This document shows, in pieces, positions 27,092 to 36,871 of a stretch of DNA of 64,000 bases (positions are counted from its first letter, which is position 1; the number at the start of each line of letters is the position of its first letter). The translations under genes and the position numbers were made by a program. The notes beneath the pieces are model-generated. The model had not been told where the DNA came from. It did not search any database and saw only the letters and a list, made by a program, of their open reading frames with translations. Origin of the DNA: Candidatus Saccharimonadota bacterium (lineage in GTDB: Bacteria > Patescibacteriota > Saccharimonadia > CAILAD01 > BJGX01); NCBI GenBank assembly GCA_046350735.1, contig JAXLZU010000001.1, positions 384,967-448,966 of the forward strand. The letters run 5' to 3'.

Positions 27092-28327
27092 ATGAATCAA
27101 ATTCAAAAACTTACGGACACCGAAAACGAGCGGCAAAAAAGTACTCTAAATTTAATTGCGTCAGAAAATTATCCGAGCCCCAAGGCTTTGACACTTCTTG
27201 GCTCTATTTGGAACGATAAGTATGCCGAGGGTTATCCTGGTAAACGCTATTACGCAGGCAATGTAAATGCCGACAGTCTCGAAGAATTTGTTCAGACTAA
27301 GGCACTAGAAGTGTTTGATGCCCGAGAAGATTATGGTGTAAATGTACAGGTACTGTCTGGTAGTCCGGCAAACGCAATGGTGTATTTTACAGTTTTGGAG
27401 CCTGGTGACACCATACTTAGTCTTAACCTCACTAGCGGTGGACATCTTAGTCATCTTCATACTACCAGTAGCTATATTAAGTTCTTTAAGCATGCTACAT
27501 ATAATTTGCGCGGTACTAAGTTGCATGAGGCCGAGTTTGAGCTAGCTTTAAGAGAGCACAAGCCACGTCTGGTGGTGATAGGATTTAGTAGTTATCCTGC
27601 TCAATACGAGTTTGCCCAGCTGTGTAAGTTGGCTCACGAATATGGCGCACTAGTATTAGCCGATATTAGTCATATAGCTGGACTGGTTGCAACAGGTAAT
27701 CATTCATCTCCCTTTGCACGCGGTGCCAGTGGGGCAGATTTTGTAACTACCACCACACACAAAACCTTGCGTGGTCCGCGCTCGGGTTTGCTTTTTGCTA
27801 GAAAAGAATATATGCCCGCTATAAATAAAACGGTCTTTCCTGGTACTAGCGGCGGCCCACATCTCAATCAAATAGCTGCAGTTGGCCAGAGTCTACTAGA
27901 AGTGCTTGGTGAGGATGCGTATCCAGACAAAATTTTGTTTGGTAAGTATATAGAAAACGTTGTAAAGAACGCCAAAGCCTTAGAGACTGGGCTAAAAAAA
28001 GCCGGGGTACATGTTAGTACACCAACTTCTACGCATTTAGTTTTGGCGAAATTGCCAGAAGAAGTAGACAGCCTAACTCTGCAAAACGATCTCGAAGAGG
28101 CTGGGATTATTACTAATCGCAATGCTATACCAGAAGATAGTAAATCTGTTTGGCGCCCGGGTGGTTTGCGTCTAGGGAGTGCCGCACTTACTTCTAGAGG
28201 AATGAAGGGCGAGAATTTTTTAACTCTTGGCGAGGCTATAGGTGGTTTAGTAATTGGCACACTAACCAAGACCGAGCTAAGTACTATTAGTAAGCAGCTA
28301 CAAAAAGAACTTCATTGGTACTATTAG
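27092..28327 (+). CDS. glyA: Serine hydroxymethyltransferase
   Basis: PLP-site TTTTHKTLRGPRSG. Typical SHMT N-terminus. 411 aa. Confidence 0.95.
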   Translation: MNQIQKLTDTENERQKSTLNLIASENYPSPKALTLLGSIWNDKYAEGYPGKRYYAGNVNADSLEEFVQTKALEVFDAREDYGVNVQVLSGSPANAMVYFTVLEPGDTILSLNLTSGGHLSHLHTTSSYIKFFKHATYNLRGTKLHEAEFELALREHKPRLVVIGFSSYPAQYEFAQLCKLAHEYGALVLADISHIAGLVATGNHSSPFARGASGADFVTTTTHKTLRGPRSGLLFARKEYMPAINKTVFPGTSGGPHLNQIAAVGQSLLEVLGEDAYPDKILFGKYIENVVKNAKALETGLKKAGVHVSTPTSTHLVLAKLPEEVDSLTLQNDLEEAGIITNRNAIPEDSKSVWRPGGLRLGSAALTSRGMKGENFLTLGEAIGGLVIGTLTKTELSTISKQLQKELHWYY

Positions 28328-28405
28328 TATAATTAGTTGTATAAAGTCTAAAAACCTGATATAAATAAGATTGCACCTTAAGTAAGTCTCATGGAGGAGA
28401 ATGAC

Positions 28406-28483
28406 ATGTACTGGAGATACATGTGGAAAGAAATTATCTGTGATCTCTTTGCGGGTGAATGGAAATCGTTAATTTGCCGCTAA
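28406..28483 (+). CDS. Candidate 25-aa peptide MYWRYMWKEIICDLFAGEWKSLICR
   Basis: Strong SD sequence GGAGGAG 7 nt upstream of the ATG. Rich in Trp/Tyr/Met/Cys. No homolog recognised. Confidence 0.25.
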   Translation: MYWRYMWKEIICDLFAGEWKSLICR

Positions 28484-28520
28484 TTTAGTTATAGAGTTGG
28501 CTAAATGAAGAGGGGGAGAA

Positions 28521-28937
28521 ATGGCTACCAAAGGCTCGGTATACGTTGCCGGCAAAGTTGGTGCTGGTACAGATAGTGTAAAGCATCTCCTTACTCAATT
28601 AGAAGACATGGGTTATGAGGTAGCATATGACTGGACAGAAGCTACAGGTGTTAAGAAGCCGTATCTAGAGAATGCCTTACGTAATCGGCCATTTGCCGAG
28701 AAAATGCTTCAAGGAGCAGGTAGCTCTAATATTATTATTCTACTTGTACAAGATAATATTCTTGGTGCATTAATTGAATTTGGTATAGCACTTGGCAATA
28801 GCCTGATGGAAGCCAACTTTCGTGCCTTTGTGGTGACAGAAGGCGTAGAGACACTGAGAGAGTCAATCTTCTACTGCCTAGAAGAAGTTACTATTGTAGG
28901 TACTCTCGACGAATTACTTACTTTGCTCAAAGACTAG
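28521..28937 (+). CDS. Nucleoside 2-deoxyribosyltransferase-like (NDT/DNPH1-fold) protein
   Basis: VYVAGKVG N-terminus and QDNILGALIEFGIALG resembling the NDT catalytic-Glu motif (DSGTAFEIG). Weak. Confidence 0.35.
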   Translation: MATKGSVYVAGKVGAGTDSVKHLLTQLEDMGYEVAYDWTEATGVKKPYLENALRNRPFAEKMLQGAGSSNIIILLVQDNILGALIEFGIALGNSLMEANFRAFVVTEGVETLRESIFYCLEEVTIVGTLDELLTLLKD

Positions 28938-29018
28938 TCTTTGAGCTTTTTCTTTATTTCGTTATAGAACAGAATAGGAACTTCTTATCTGTAACTGGGT
29001 TGACTAAAATGCTGATAT

Positions 29019-29189
29019 TTGCTATTATTACTACTGATTACCAAAGACTGTGGCTGTGTAATACACTTAATTTGCTACAAGAGGTTACGATCGATACAGA
29101 TTGTTTACAAACCAGAAGTCTTTGGCGTTTGCTCAAAGGCTTTTTGTTTGGTAGTCGCAAGCACATTAACTAAAGAAGGTGTTAAACAT
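29019..29189 (+). promoter_or_regulatory. Long 5' leader of the rplJ-rplL operon (position of the L10 autoregulatory leader)
   Basis: ~200-nt noncoding gap upstream of the true rplJ ATG. The track ORF spanning it is spurious. Established operon architecture. Confidence 0.4.
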
Positions 29190-29726
29190 ATGGCAAAAAC
29201 ACGAGAGCAGAAAGAACAAGCTGTTAGCGCGCTAACAGAAGCTTTTTCTGCAAGTAAACTTGCTGTGTTAACAGATTACCGTGGCTTGAATGTCCCAGAA
29301 ATTTCTGCTTTGCGTGCCAATTTGCGCGAGGCTGGCATTCCATTTACGGTAGCCAAGAACACACTCGTAAAGATAGCGCTTGTCAACGCCGATAAGAAGG
29401 TAGAAGATACTTCAGCCCTGACGGGTCCAGTAGCAATTGCTTTTGGACCTGACGAAGTCGAAGCTGCCAGAATTGTCTTTGAATATGCCAAGACTAACCC
29501 GGCATTAGAGATTCTCGGAGCAATTGACGAAAACGGCAAAGTGTTGAGTACCGATGACGTTGTTGCTTTAGCCAAACTACCAAGCCGCGAGCAATTGTTG
29601 GCACAAGTAGTTGGTACCGTAGCTGCTCCACTCAGTGGATTTGTACGGGTACTTAACGGTAATGTTTCGGGCTTAGTGTATGCATTACAGGCCGTGGCAG
29701 ACAAAAAAGCGCAAGAAACTAGTTAG
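29190..29726 (+). CDS. rplJ: 50S ribosomal protein L10
   Basis: MAKTREQKEQAVSALTEAF...LTDYRGLNVPEISALR is a typical L10 N-terminus. SD-spaced ATG at 29190. Confidence 0.9.
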   Translation: MAKTREQKEQAVSALTEAFSASKLAVLTDYRGLNVPEISALRANLREAGIPFTVAKNTLVKIALVNADKKVEDTSALTGPVAIAFGPDEVEAARIVFEYAKTNPALEILGAIDENGKVLSTDDVVALAKLPSREQLLAQVVGTVAAPLSGFVRVLNGNVSGLVYALQAVADKKAQETS

Positions 29727-29758
29727 ATTAATTAAATACTCTTTATAAGGAGATAATA

Positions 29759-30232
29759 ATGGCAGAAGAAACTGCAAAACCAGAAGTAAAAGAAGAAGCT
29801 CCAGCTACAGAAGCTGCTGCAGAAGTAACCGAAGACAAAAAAGAAGTACCTGCTAAGTTTAAAAGCTTGGTAGACGAAATTGACAAACTAAGTGTGCTCG
29901 ACCTTTCAGAATTTGTAAGCGTTCTAGAAGATCACTATGGCGTAAGCGCTGCTGCTCCAGTAGCTGTAGCTGCTGCTGGTGGCGCTGCTGCTGGTGGCGA
30001 AGAAGCCGCCGAAGAAGGCAAGAGTAGCTACAACATTATGCTTACCGCTGCCGGCGATAAGAAAATTGATGTAATTAAGGCTGTTCGTGAAATCTCAGGT
30101 CTTGGTTTGGCCGAAAGTAAAGAAGTAGTAGATAGTGCTCCTAAGATGGTAAAAGAAGATGTTCCTGCCGAAGAAGCAGAAGCAGCTAAGAAAACTCTCG
30201 AAGAAGCTGGTGCTACTGTAGAACTTCAATAA
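29759..30232 (+). CDS. rplL: 50S ribosomal protein L7/L12 with an extended Ala-rich hinge
   Basis: Conserved C-terminal domain [34 protein letters not shown]...EAGATVEL. Confidence 0.95.
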   Translation: MAEETAKPEVKEEAPATEAAAEVTEDKKEVPAKFKSLVDEIDKLSVLDLSEFVSVLEDHYGVSAAAPVAVAAAGGAAAGGEEAAEEGKSSYNIMLTAAGDKKIDVIKAVREISGLGLAESKEVVDSAPKMVKEDVPAEEAEAAKKTLEEAGATVELQ

Positions 30233-30255
30233 TCCTAATCAGTGAATTGCAAAAG

Positions 30256-30277
30256 AGACCCAAATGGGTCTTTTTTG
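30256..30277 (+). terminator. Intrinsic terminator after rplL
   Basis: agaccc-aaat-gggtct followed by TTTTT. Confidence 0.7.
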
Positions 30278-30360
30278 TTTGGCTTTTGTTTTATACTTTG
30301 TTACAATAAAAGCAAGTAATTTTGAGTAATTTTAGTAAAAATACAAAAAGGGGCTATAAA

Positions 30361-30930
30361 ATGAACAAAAAAGACGACGAAAAATTGCAGGCACTTTCAG
30401 ACCAGATGCATGCTGCACAAGAGAGCTTGCAGCAAGTAACAGAAATGTTAAAACAAATGGGTCTAAATGCCAAAGACCTTCCAGAGCCACGTGATGATGC
30501 AACACCTTCTGTTGGTGTTAGTGTACCCCGAGCTGCTGATACTGCCGATACTGTGGCAGGTAAGGTAATAGAAGGGCACTTTGATGGTCAGAATATGATT
30601 GGCCCAGACGGCAAAACGTATCCGGTACCTGCTAATTATGCATCTAAATCAAAACTTGTAGAGGGTGACTTGCTTAAACTAACTATTGCTGCCGATGGTA
30701 GTTTTATTTACAAACAAATTGGCCCAGTAGAACGAAAAAAACTAATTTCTAAGATTGGGTTAGATAATGGTCAGTTTGTAGCGATTGTGGGTGATCATCA
30801 TTATCGTGTATTGTATGCCAGTGTAACGTATTTTAAAGCTCAGGTGGGCGACGAAGTAACTATTGTAGTTCCAGCCACCGGTGGCGATGAGGCTAACTGG
30901 GCGGCTATAGAAGCTGTTATCGGCTCATAG
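30361..30930 (+). CDS. Hypothetical protein occupying the position where rpoB normally follows rplL
   Basis: SD sequence aagggg before the ATG at 30361. No recognisable motif. Confidence 0.4.
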   Translation: MNKKDDEKLQALSDQMHAAQESLQQVTEMLKQMGLNAKDLPEPRDDATPSVGVSVPRAADTADTVAGKVIEGHFDGQNMIGPDGKTYPVPANYASKSKLVEGDLLKLTIAADGSFIYKQIGPVERKKLISKIGLDNGQFVAIVGDHHYRVLYASVTYFKAQVGDEVTIVVPATGGDEANWAAIEAVIGS

Positions 30931-31151
30931 CGGGATAAACGACAGAACTATTTGACGATCTTCGTTGTTAGAATTTCCAGTACTCATTCATCATAGGCTC
31001 TACTACGGTTCATTTCGTTCTTCAATTCTTCCTAGAATATCATTCAAATATCTCTGTCTAGTATACGGTAAGTTTTGTTACACAATTCATCCAATTCCGT
31101 ATAGGCTTCGTAGTATAATGATTATATAGATAAAAAGAGGGGATAGTTTTT

Positions 31152-32594
31152 GTGTCGCAATTAGCTTTGTATCGAAAATATCGTTCTGCCGATCTTAATG
31201 ACGTGGTGGGCCAGAAACATATTACGCAAACTCTAGATGCTGCGCTAAAGCAAGGTAAGCTTTCGCATGCCTATCTCTTTACTGGCCCCAGGGGTGTGGG
31301 TAAAACATCGGTGGCACGCATTTTAGCTCGCGCAATAAATGGCCTTGATAAATTAGATGATAGTTCTAATTATTTAGATATTATCGAGATAGATGCCGCC
31401 AGTAACAGGGGCATAGATGAGATTCGGGCCTTGCGCGATAAAGTAGCGGTGGCACCGGCTAAATTGCAGTATAAAGTCTATATTATCGATGAAGCCCATA
31501 TGCTTACCCGCGAAGCATTTAATGCGCTACTAAAGACGCTCGAAGAGCCACCTGCCCATGTGGTGTTTATTTTGGCGACCACCGAGGCACATAAGTTGCC
31601 CGAAACCATCATCTCGCGCACACAGCGCTACGACTTTCATGCACTAAGTGAAGATGAGATAGTAGAGCGTCTACAGCATATCGCCAAACAAGAAAAAATT
31701 ACCATTACCGAGCCAGCACTTAGGTTGGTGGCTCAGATGGCTAATGGTGGTATGCGTGACGCAGTTAGCTTACTCGACCAACTTTCTGTATTAACAGAAA
31801 AGATAGATGAAAAACTTACTAGTCAGTTTTTGGGCTTAGCCCTTAATTCAGAGCTAGACGAAATACTAGATTTATCACAACAGAAAAACACCGAGCAGGC
31901 ACTTCAGAAAATAGCTACAATAAGTGCTAACGGTGTGGCACCCGGAGAGCTAATTTTGCAATTACAGCGTATAGCGCGAGAACGGCTGGTAACTGAGATA
32001 CAAAAATCTGCCAATCTTCAGACAATACAGTTTTATACCGATGCACTCGAGATACTCCATGCTGCAATGACCCAGCTTACATATACGGCTAATAGTTATA
32101 TACCACTCGAGCTCGCAATTGTAAAAATGAGCTATGGCTTTGCATCAAGCAAAACTAAGCCAGTAGAAGTGGTAGCGAGCTCGAGTGCACCACTACCTAC
32201 AAACACTCCAACACCAACTGCATCCAAGACTCCAGCAAAAGAAGTAACTGCACCAGTAGGGCAAAATACAGATTCTGTTGCACTGTGCGATAAAGCACTC
32301 AGTGCAATAAAAGAGCATAATAATTCTCTCTACGCCTTACTACGTTCTGGTGGTGCACATGTCGAGGGCGATAAGTTATTGGTGAATTGTCGATTTGCGT
32401 TTCATCAAAATAGAATAGAAGAACATCATAACAGGGCTTTGATAGAAAAAGTTATGAGCAAAACATTTAATAAGGCTATTCAATTAAGCTGTACTCTCGA
32501 AAATACTCCAGAGCCAGCACCTAAAGCCGATACAAGTAGTGAGCTAGTAAATTCGGCGATGGCCATATTGGGTGGGGAGTTGGTCGATGGCTAA
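31152..32594 (+). CDS. dnaX: DNA polymerase III subunit gamma/tau (short form, 480 aa)
   Basis: ALYRKYRSADLNDVVGQKHI. Walker A GPRGVGKTS. DEAHML. LLKTLEEPP. Confidence 0.85.
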   Translation: MSQLALYRKYRSADLNDVVGQKHITQTLDAALKQGKLSHAYLFTGPRGVGKTSVARILARAINGLDKLDDSSNYLDIIEIDAASNRGIDEIRALRDKVAVAPAKLQYKVYIIDEAHMLTREAFNALLKTLEEPPAHVVFILATTEAHKLPETIISRTQRYDFHALSEDEIVERLQHIAKQEKITITEPALRLVAQMANGGMRDAVSLLDQLSVLTEKIDEKLTSQFLGLALNSELDEILDLSQQKNTEQALQKIATISANGVAPGELILQLQRIARERLVTEIQKSANLQTIQFYTDALEILHAAMTQLTYTANSYIPLELAIVKMSYGFASSKTKPVEVVASSSAPLPTNTPTPTASKTPAKEVTAPVGQNTDSVALCDKALSAIKEHNNSLYALLRSGGAHVEGDKLLVNCRFAFHQNRIEEHHNRALIEKVMSKTFNKAIQLSCTLENTPEPAPKADTSSELVNSAMAILGGELVDG

Positions 32595-33936
32595 TACTTC
32601 ATCTACCAATCGAGCAGACAAATTGCCACCACAAAACGTAGAAGCCGAACAAAGTGTGTTGGGGTCGCTATTAATCGATAGAGATGCCATTATTAAGGTT
32701 GCAGATGTTGTATCGAGCGAAGACTTTTATATTACCAAGAATGGTCAGATATTTGAGACTGTTTTGGGGTTATACGAACGACGAGAACCAATTGATGTAG
32801 TAACTCTCTCTGATGCTTTGGCTAAGAAAAAAATACTTAAGCAAATAGGTGGGAGTAGTTATCTGACCGATTTGGCCAATGGTGTACCGAGTAGCGCACA
32901 CGCGGCACAATATGCCAAAATTGTTGCCGACAAAGCTACTTTGCGACGGTTAATAGAGGCGGCGAATTCTATTAACAATCTTGCCTACGAAGAAACCGCT
33001 GCACTCGACTCGGTACTTGATGAGGCAGAACAAAACCTGTTTGGGGTAAGTCAAAAACATCTTAAACAAAACTTTACGCCAATTTCTGACGTCTTAACCG
33101 AAAGTTTTGAGCGTCTCGATGGTCTACATAAGGACAAACAGACTCTACGTGGTGTCCCCACAGGTTACAAAAGTTTAGATAATCTCTTGGCCGGATTGCA
33201 GAAATCAGACTTAATTATTCTAGCTGCGCGACCAAGTATGGGTAAGACCAGCTTTGCACTTAATATTGCACAGCACGTTGCCACTAAGGAGGGAATACCG
33301 GTGGGCATTTTTAGTTTAGAAATGAGCAAAGAGCAGCTTATAGATCGATTATTATCATCAGAAGCAGGTATTGATAGCTGGAAGCTGCGTACGGGCAATT
33401 TAGAAGATAGAGATTTCGAAAAAATTAACAAGGCAATGGGGGTATTGGCAGATGCTCCAATCTTCATTGATGATTCGCCTATGGCCAATGTTATGGAAAT
33501 GCGCACCAAAGCACGTCGTCTGCAGTCAGAAAACGATCTTGGTTTGATTGTTATTGACTACTTGCAGCTTATGAGTGGTAGAAATAGTGGAGGAGACAAC
33601 AGAGTACAAGAAATCTCAGAAATATCACGCGGGCTAAAGGGTTTGGCGCGCGAAATTAATGTACCCGTTATTGCGCTCTCACAGCTTAGCCGCTCGGTAG
33701 AAATGCGATCACCAAAAATTCCACAATTGTCTGATTTGCGTGAGTCGGGTAGTATCGAGCAAGATGCCGATGTAGTAATGTTTATTTACCGCGAAGACTA
33801 TTACGAGAAAGACTCAGAGCGTAAAAGTATAGCCGATATTTTGGTCAGAAAACACCGTAATGGCCCAACGGGAGAGGTAGAACTATTCTTTGTTCCTGAG
33901 CAAATGTTATTTAAAAATCTCGATAAAACACATTAA
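32587..33936 (+). CDS. dnaB: Replicative DNA helicase DnaB
   Basis: LPPQNVEAEQSVLGSLL N-terminal motif. Walker A AARPSMGKTSFALN. RecA-like C-terminus. ATG overlaps the dnaX stop (ATGGCTAA). Confidence 0.9.
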   Translation: MANTSSTNRADKLPPQNVEAEQSVLGSLLIDRDAIIKVADVVSSEDFYITKNGQIFETVLGLYERREPIDVVTLSDALAKKKILKQIGGSSYLTDLANGVPSSAHAAQYAKIVADKATLRRLIEAANSINNLAYEETAALDSVLDEAEQNLFGVSQKHLKQNFTPISDVLTESFERLDGLHKDKQTLRGVPTGYKSLDNLLAGLQKSDLIILAARPSMGKTSFALNIAQHVATKEGIPVGIFSLEMSKEQLIDRLLSSEAGIDSWKLRTGNLEDRDFEKINKAMGVLADAPIFIDDSPMANVMEMRTKARRLQSENDLGLIVIDYLQLMSGRNSGGDNRVQEISEISRGLKGLAREINVPVIALSQLSRSVEMRSPKIPQLSDLRESGSIEQDADVVMFIYREDYYEKDSERKSIADILVRKHRNGPTGEVELFFVPEQMLFKNLDKTH

Positions 33937-33990
33937 CTTGTATACAGCTAGACGTGGGCAACTATTTTTCGGTATACTAGCATAAACGCT

Positions 33991-34527
33991 ATGAATAACA
34001 AAGCACCAAAAAAACCTGAGCATAATGAAGCGCTGCAAGTTGGTCGGTTTGGACTAGTTGGTATTCTAAATACCGTAGTCGATTTTGTTGTACTAAATAT
34101 TTTGGCTGCTACGATATTGCCTAAGAGCTTGGTATTGGGATCGGTAACGATATTTGGAACAAACTATACTATTACAGGCCTTATTGTGGCAGGTCTTATT
34201 TCTGGTACTGTTGCGATGATTAATAGTTTTATCTTTAACATGCGTTTTACCTTTAAGGCACGCAACGTTGATGCCTTGCACGCCATATATTTCTTTGTGC
34301 TTACCATGATTGGCGTATATGTCTTTCGACCAATCTTGTTAAAGTTTTTTACCGATGTCTGGACGTGGCCAGTGCTCACTGCCGATCACATATCGTCGTT
34401 TTTACATTTGCCACTTAGTCAGCTTTTTGTAGAACGTAATGTAGCTCTGGCTGTCACTATTCTCCTGGTGTTGGTGTATAATTACCTGGTATACAAATAT
34501 ATTGTCTTTACTAAAGATACTAAATGA
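33991..34527 (+). CDS. GtrA-family membrane protein (polyprenyl-phosphate-sugar translocation)
   Basis: RFGLVGILNTVVDFVVLNIL, the GtrA signature. 4 TM. Confidence 0.6.
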   Translation: MNNKAPKKPEHNEALQVGRFGLVGILNTVVDFVVLNILAATILPKSLVLGSVTIFGTNYTITGLIVAGLISGTVAMINSFIFNMRFTFKARNVDALHAIYFFVLTMIGVYVFRPILLKFFTDVWTWPVLTADHISSFLHLPLSQLFVERNVALAVTILLVLVYNYLVYKYIVFTKDTK

Positions 34528-36086
34528 AATCAAAATCTTCACCCATTCTGACATTCTTTCGATCTCACGCAGGTCTTCTGCTACTAATAACAGTACTCAT
34601 TATTGCTACTGTGTTTCGACTGTATCATCTTAATACTCTGCCTCCTGGGCTTCACCCCGATGAAGCCGCCAATGGTCTCGATATTGTGCAGCGTATATTT
34701 CATCACGACTGGAGGGTTATCTATGCTACAAACGGCCCTCGTGAAGCACTGTTTTTCTATATTCAGGCGGTTTTTGTTTGGGCACTTGGTAATACTATCT
34801 TTGCCCTCCGTCTAGCTCCTGCACTATTAAGTATCGCTACAGTTATAATGGTGTATCTCTATACCAAAGACTGGTTTGGGCGTCGTACAGCTTTGCTAGC
34901 AGCATTTTTAATTGCAGTTAACCCCTGGGTAGTAACTATTGGCCGTGATGGCTTTAGAGCTGGTATGACCCCGCTTATTATTGCTGCAGTTGCTTTTCTG
35001 GGTGGACGAGCCTACACTCGACAAAAAATCGGTTATTTTATTGCTGCCGGTGCGGTATTTGGGTTAGGGTTTTATACCTACACTGCATTCTTCATGTTTA
35101 GTTTGGTTCCAATTGGTGGCTTGGGCTATTTAGTACTAAGAAATCGTTCTTGGCTAAAAACCAACTGGAAAAACTTACTTATATCAGTAGCCGTCACAGC
35201 GGCCGTATTGCTTCCATTAGGTATTACAATTGTTCGGAATCCGGGTGCTTCAACTGCTCGTGCAGGCGGTACAAGCTTCCTAAACAAAGACCTTAATGGC
35301 GGTAAACCAATACAGACACTCTTTGTTGGTGCTGGTAAAACTCTTTTGCAATATAACTTTGTTGGTGACCAGAATAGTCGACACAATCTTCCTGGTGAGC
35401 CCCTTGTAAATACGTTTGTAGGAATAATGCTAATACTAGGCTTACTAGTAGCATTTAGTAGGTTTGGTCGAGCCAAGTATGCAGCGGTACTTGCGATGTT
35501 CTTTGTAATGATGTTACCAGCCATTCTCACTGCAGAAGGGTTGCCGCACGCACTGCGTAGTATTGGTACAGCAGCTAGTGTATTTACCATAGCTGCCATT
35601 GGTATAGATTATTTATTAACACGATGGTACAAGACATTTCCTATTAATGCACCGGCCCGCACCGCAGGTGCAGTTATGATAGGTCTACTGTTGTTCTTAA
35701 CTCTGGTACAGGGGTGGCGGCAGTATTTTGTTGCTTGGGCTCAAGACCCTTCAACGTATCAAGCATACAGCGAAAATATGGTGCAGATTGGCAAATATTT
35801 GTTAGTGAGTGGTAATGGCAGAACTAACTATATTATCGCTGGTGGATACGAAACAATGCCCGCAGAATACTTACTTGCCAATAAGCAGACATATATATTG
35901 CTCGATAAAGATTCTTTACAAAACCTGCCACTGCAAACTTCACCGCAGTTGTTTGTGTTTCCGGCCGGCGATAATAGTAATGCTATAACCGAGGTGTTAA
36001 AAGCAAAATATCCCAATGGTACGCTTACACCTCATTACTCTAGCTTCGATAATACCTTACTATTTTATAGCTTTGAGGTTCGGTAA
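34524..36086 (+). CDS. Polytopic membrane glycosyltransferase, GT39/ArnT/PMT-like (GT-C fold)
   Basis: N-terminal DE motif region (HPDEAANGLD). More than 10 TM helices. Operonic with GtrA and a DPM1-like GT2. Confidence 0.6.
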   Translation: MKSKSSPILTFFRSHAGLLLLITVLIIATVFRLYHLNTLPPGLHPDEAANGLDIVQRIFHHDWRVIYATNGPREALFFYIQAVFVWALGNTIFALRLAPALLSIATVIMVYLYTKDWFGRRTALLAAFLIAVNPWVVTIGRDGFRAGMTPLIIAAVAFLGGRAYTRQKIGYFIAAGAVFGLGFYTYTAFFMFSLVPIGGLGYLVLRNRSWLKTNWKNLLISVAVTAAVLLPLGITIVRNPGASTARAGGTSFLNKDLNGGKPIQTLFVGAGKTLLQYNFVGDQNSRHNLPGEPLVNTFVGIMLILGLLVAFSRFGRAKYAAVLAMFFVMMLPAILTAEGLPHALRSIGTAASVFTIAAIGIDYLLTRWYKTFPINAPARTAGAVMIGLLLFLTLVQGWRQYFVAWAQDPSTYQAYSENMVQIGKYLLVSGNGRTNYIIAGGYETMPAEYLLANKQTYILLDKDSLQNLPLQTSPQLFVFPAGDNSNAITEVLKAKYPNGTLTPHYSSFDNTLLFYSFEVR

Positions 36087-36871
36087 TGTCAGACTCAACA
36101 AAAGCACCTATTCAGCCAGATTTAACCATTGTTATTCCTGCATACAAAGAAGCAAAACGGATTGGGCCAACTCTAGAGAAACTGGCCGACTTTTTGCATA
36201 ACTATTCACCCAGTGTCGAAGTGATAGTGGTAGACAGGGGTAGTAGTGATGATACCCAAAAAGTTGCCAAGAGTTATGCAAAAAAGTTTAGATGGTTTTC
36301 TGTATTAGATATTGGATCTCAAACTGGCAAGAAATCATACAAGGGTGAGCAAGTTAAGCAAGGCATGTTAGCCGCACGCGGCGAATACGTAATGTTTATG
36401 GATGCTGATTTGGCAACACCGCTAAAGTATCTTAATACTGTCGAAGGGCTTATGAAGAAAAAACAAGCAGTGGGTATTTGTGTGAGAAATTTGCAAAGCA
36501 GCCATAAAGGCCTACGTAAACTTATTTCATCAAGTGGAAACTTCCTAGTACAACTAATGATACTACCCGGAATAAGCGATACTCAATGTGGATTTAAGGT
36601 ATTTTCGAGCGAAGCTACTAAGAAGATTTTTACTCATCAAACCCTCAAAGGTTGGGGTTTTGATATGGAGATTTTAGCTATTGCCAGACAGCAAGGTTAC
36701 CAGATAGAACAATTTGAAGTACCAGATTGGCAAGATGTAGAGGAGGGCAGTAAGGTCTCTAGTGGAAGTAAGTTCTCGGCTGCCAAAGCGGCTCTTCAGA
36801 CCTTGCCAGATGTTTTCCGTATTAAATGGGGTATAATTCGTGGCCGCTACAAAAAATCTCCCCAAGCTTAA
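36086..36871 (+). CDS. GT2 polyprenyl-phosphate (dolichol-phosphate-mannose-synthase-like) glycosyltransferase
   Basis: LTIVIPAYKEAKRI. VVDRGSSDDT. FMDADL. QCGFKVF motifs. Confidence 0.8.
   Translation: MSDSTKAPIQPDLTIVIPAYKEAKRIGPTLEKLADFLHNYSPSVEVIVVDRGSSDDTQKVAKSYAKKFRWFSVLDIGSQTGKKSYKGEQVKQGMLAARGEYVMFMDADLATPLKYLNTVEGLMKKKQAVGICVRNLQSSHKGLRKLISSSGNFLVQLMILPGISDTQCGFKVFSSEATKKIFTHQTLKGWGFDMEILAIARQQGYQIEQFEVPDWQDVEEGSKVSSGSKFSAAKAALQTLPDVFRIKWGIIRGRYKKSPQA

Noticed and set aside
29019-29189. N-terminal 57 codons of the 235-aa track ORF for rplJ
   Set aside because: The L10 homology begins at the ATG at 29190 (MAKTREQ...). The upstream part translates to implausible sequence and corresponds to the expected rplJ leader RNA.
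29276-29704. 142-aa minus-strand ORF inside rplJ
   Set aside because: Antisense of a ribosomal protein gene.
35126-35599. 157-aa minus-strand ORF inside the GT39 gene
   Set aside because: Antisense to a long membrane-protein gene. Ala/Arg-rich translation with no motif.
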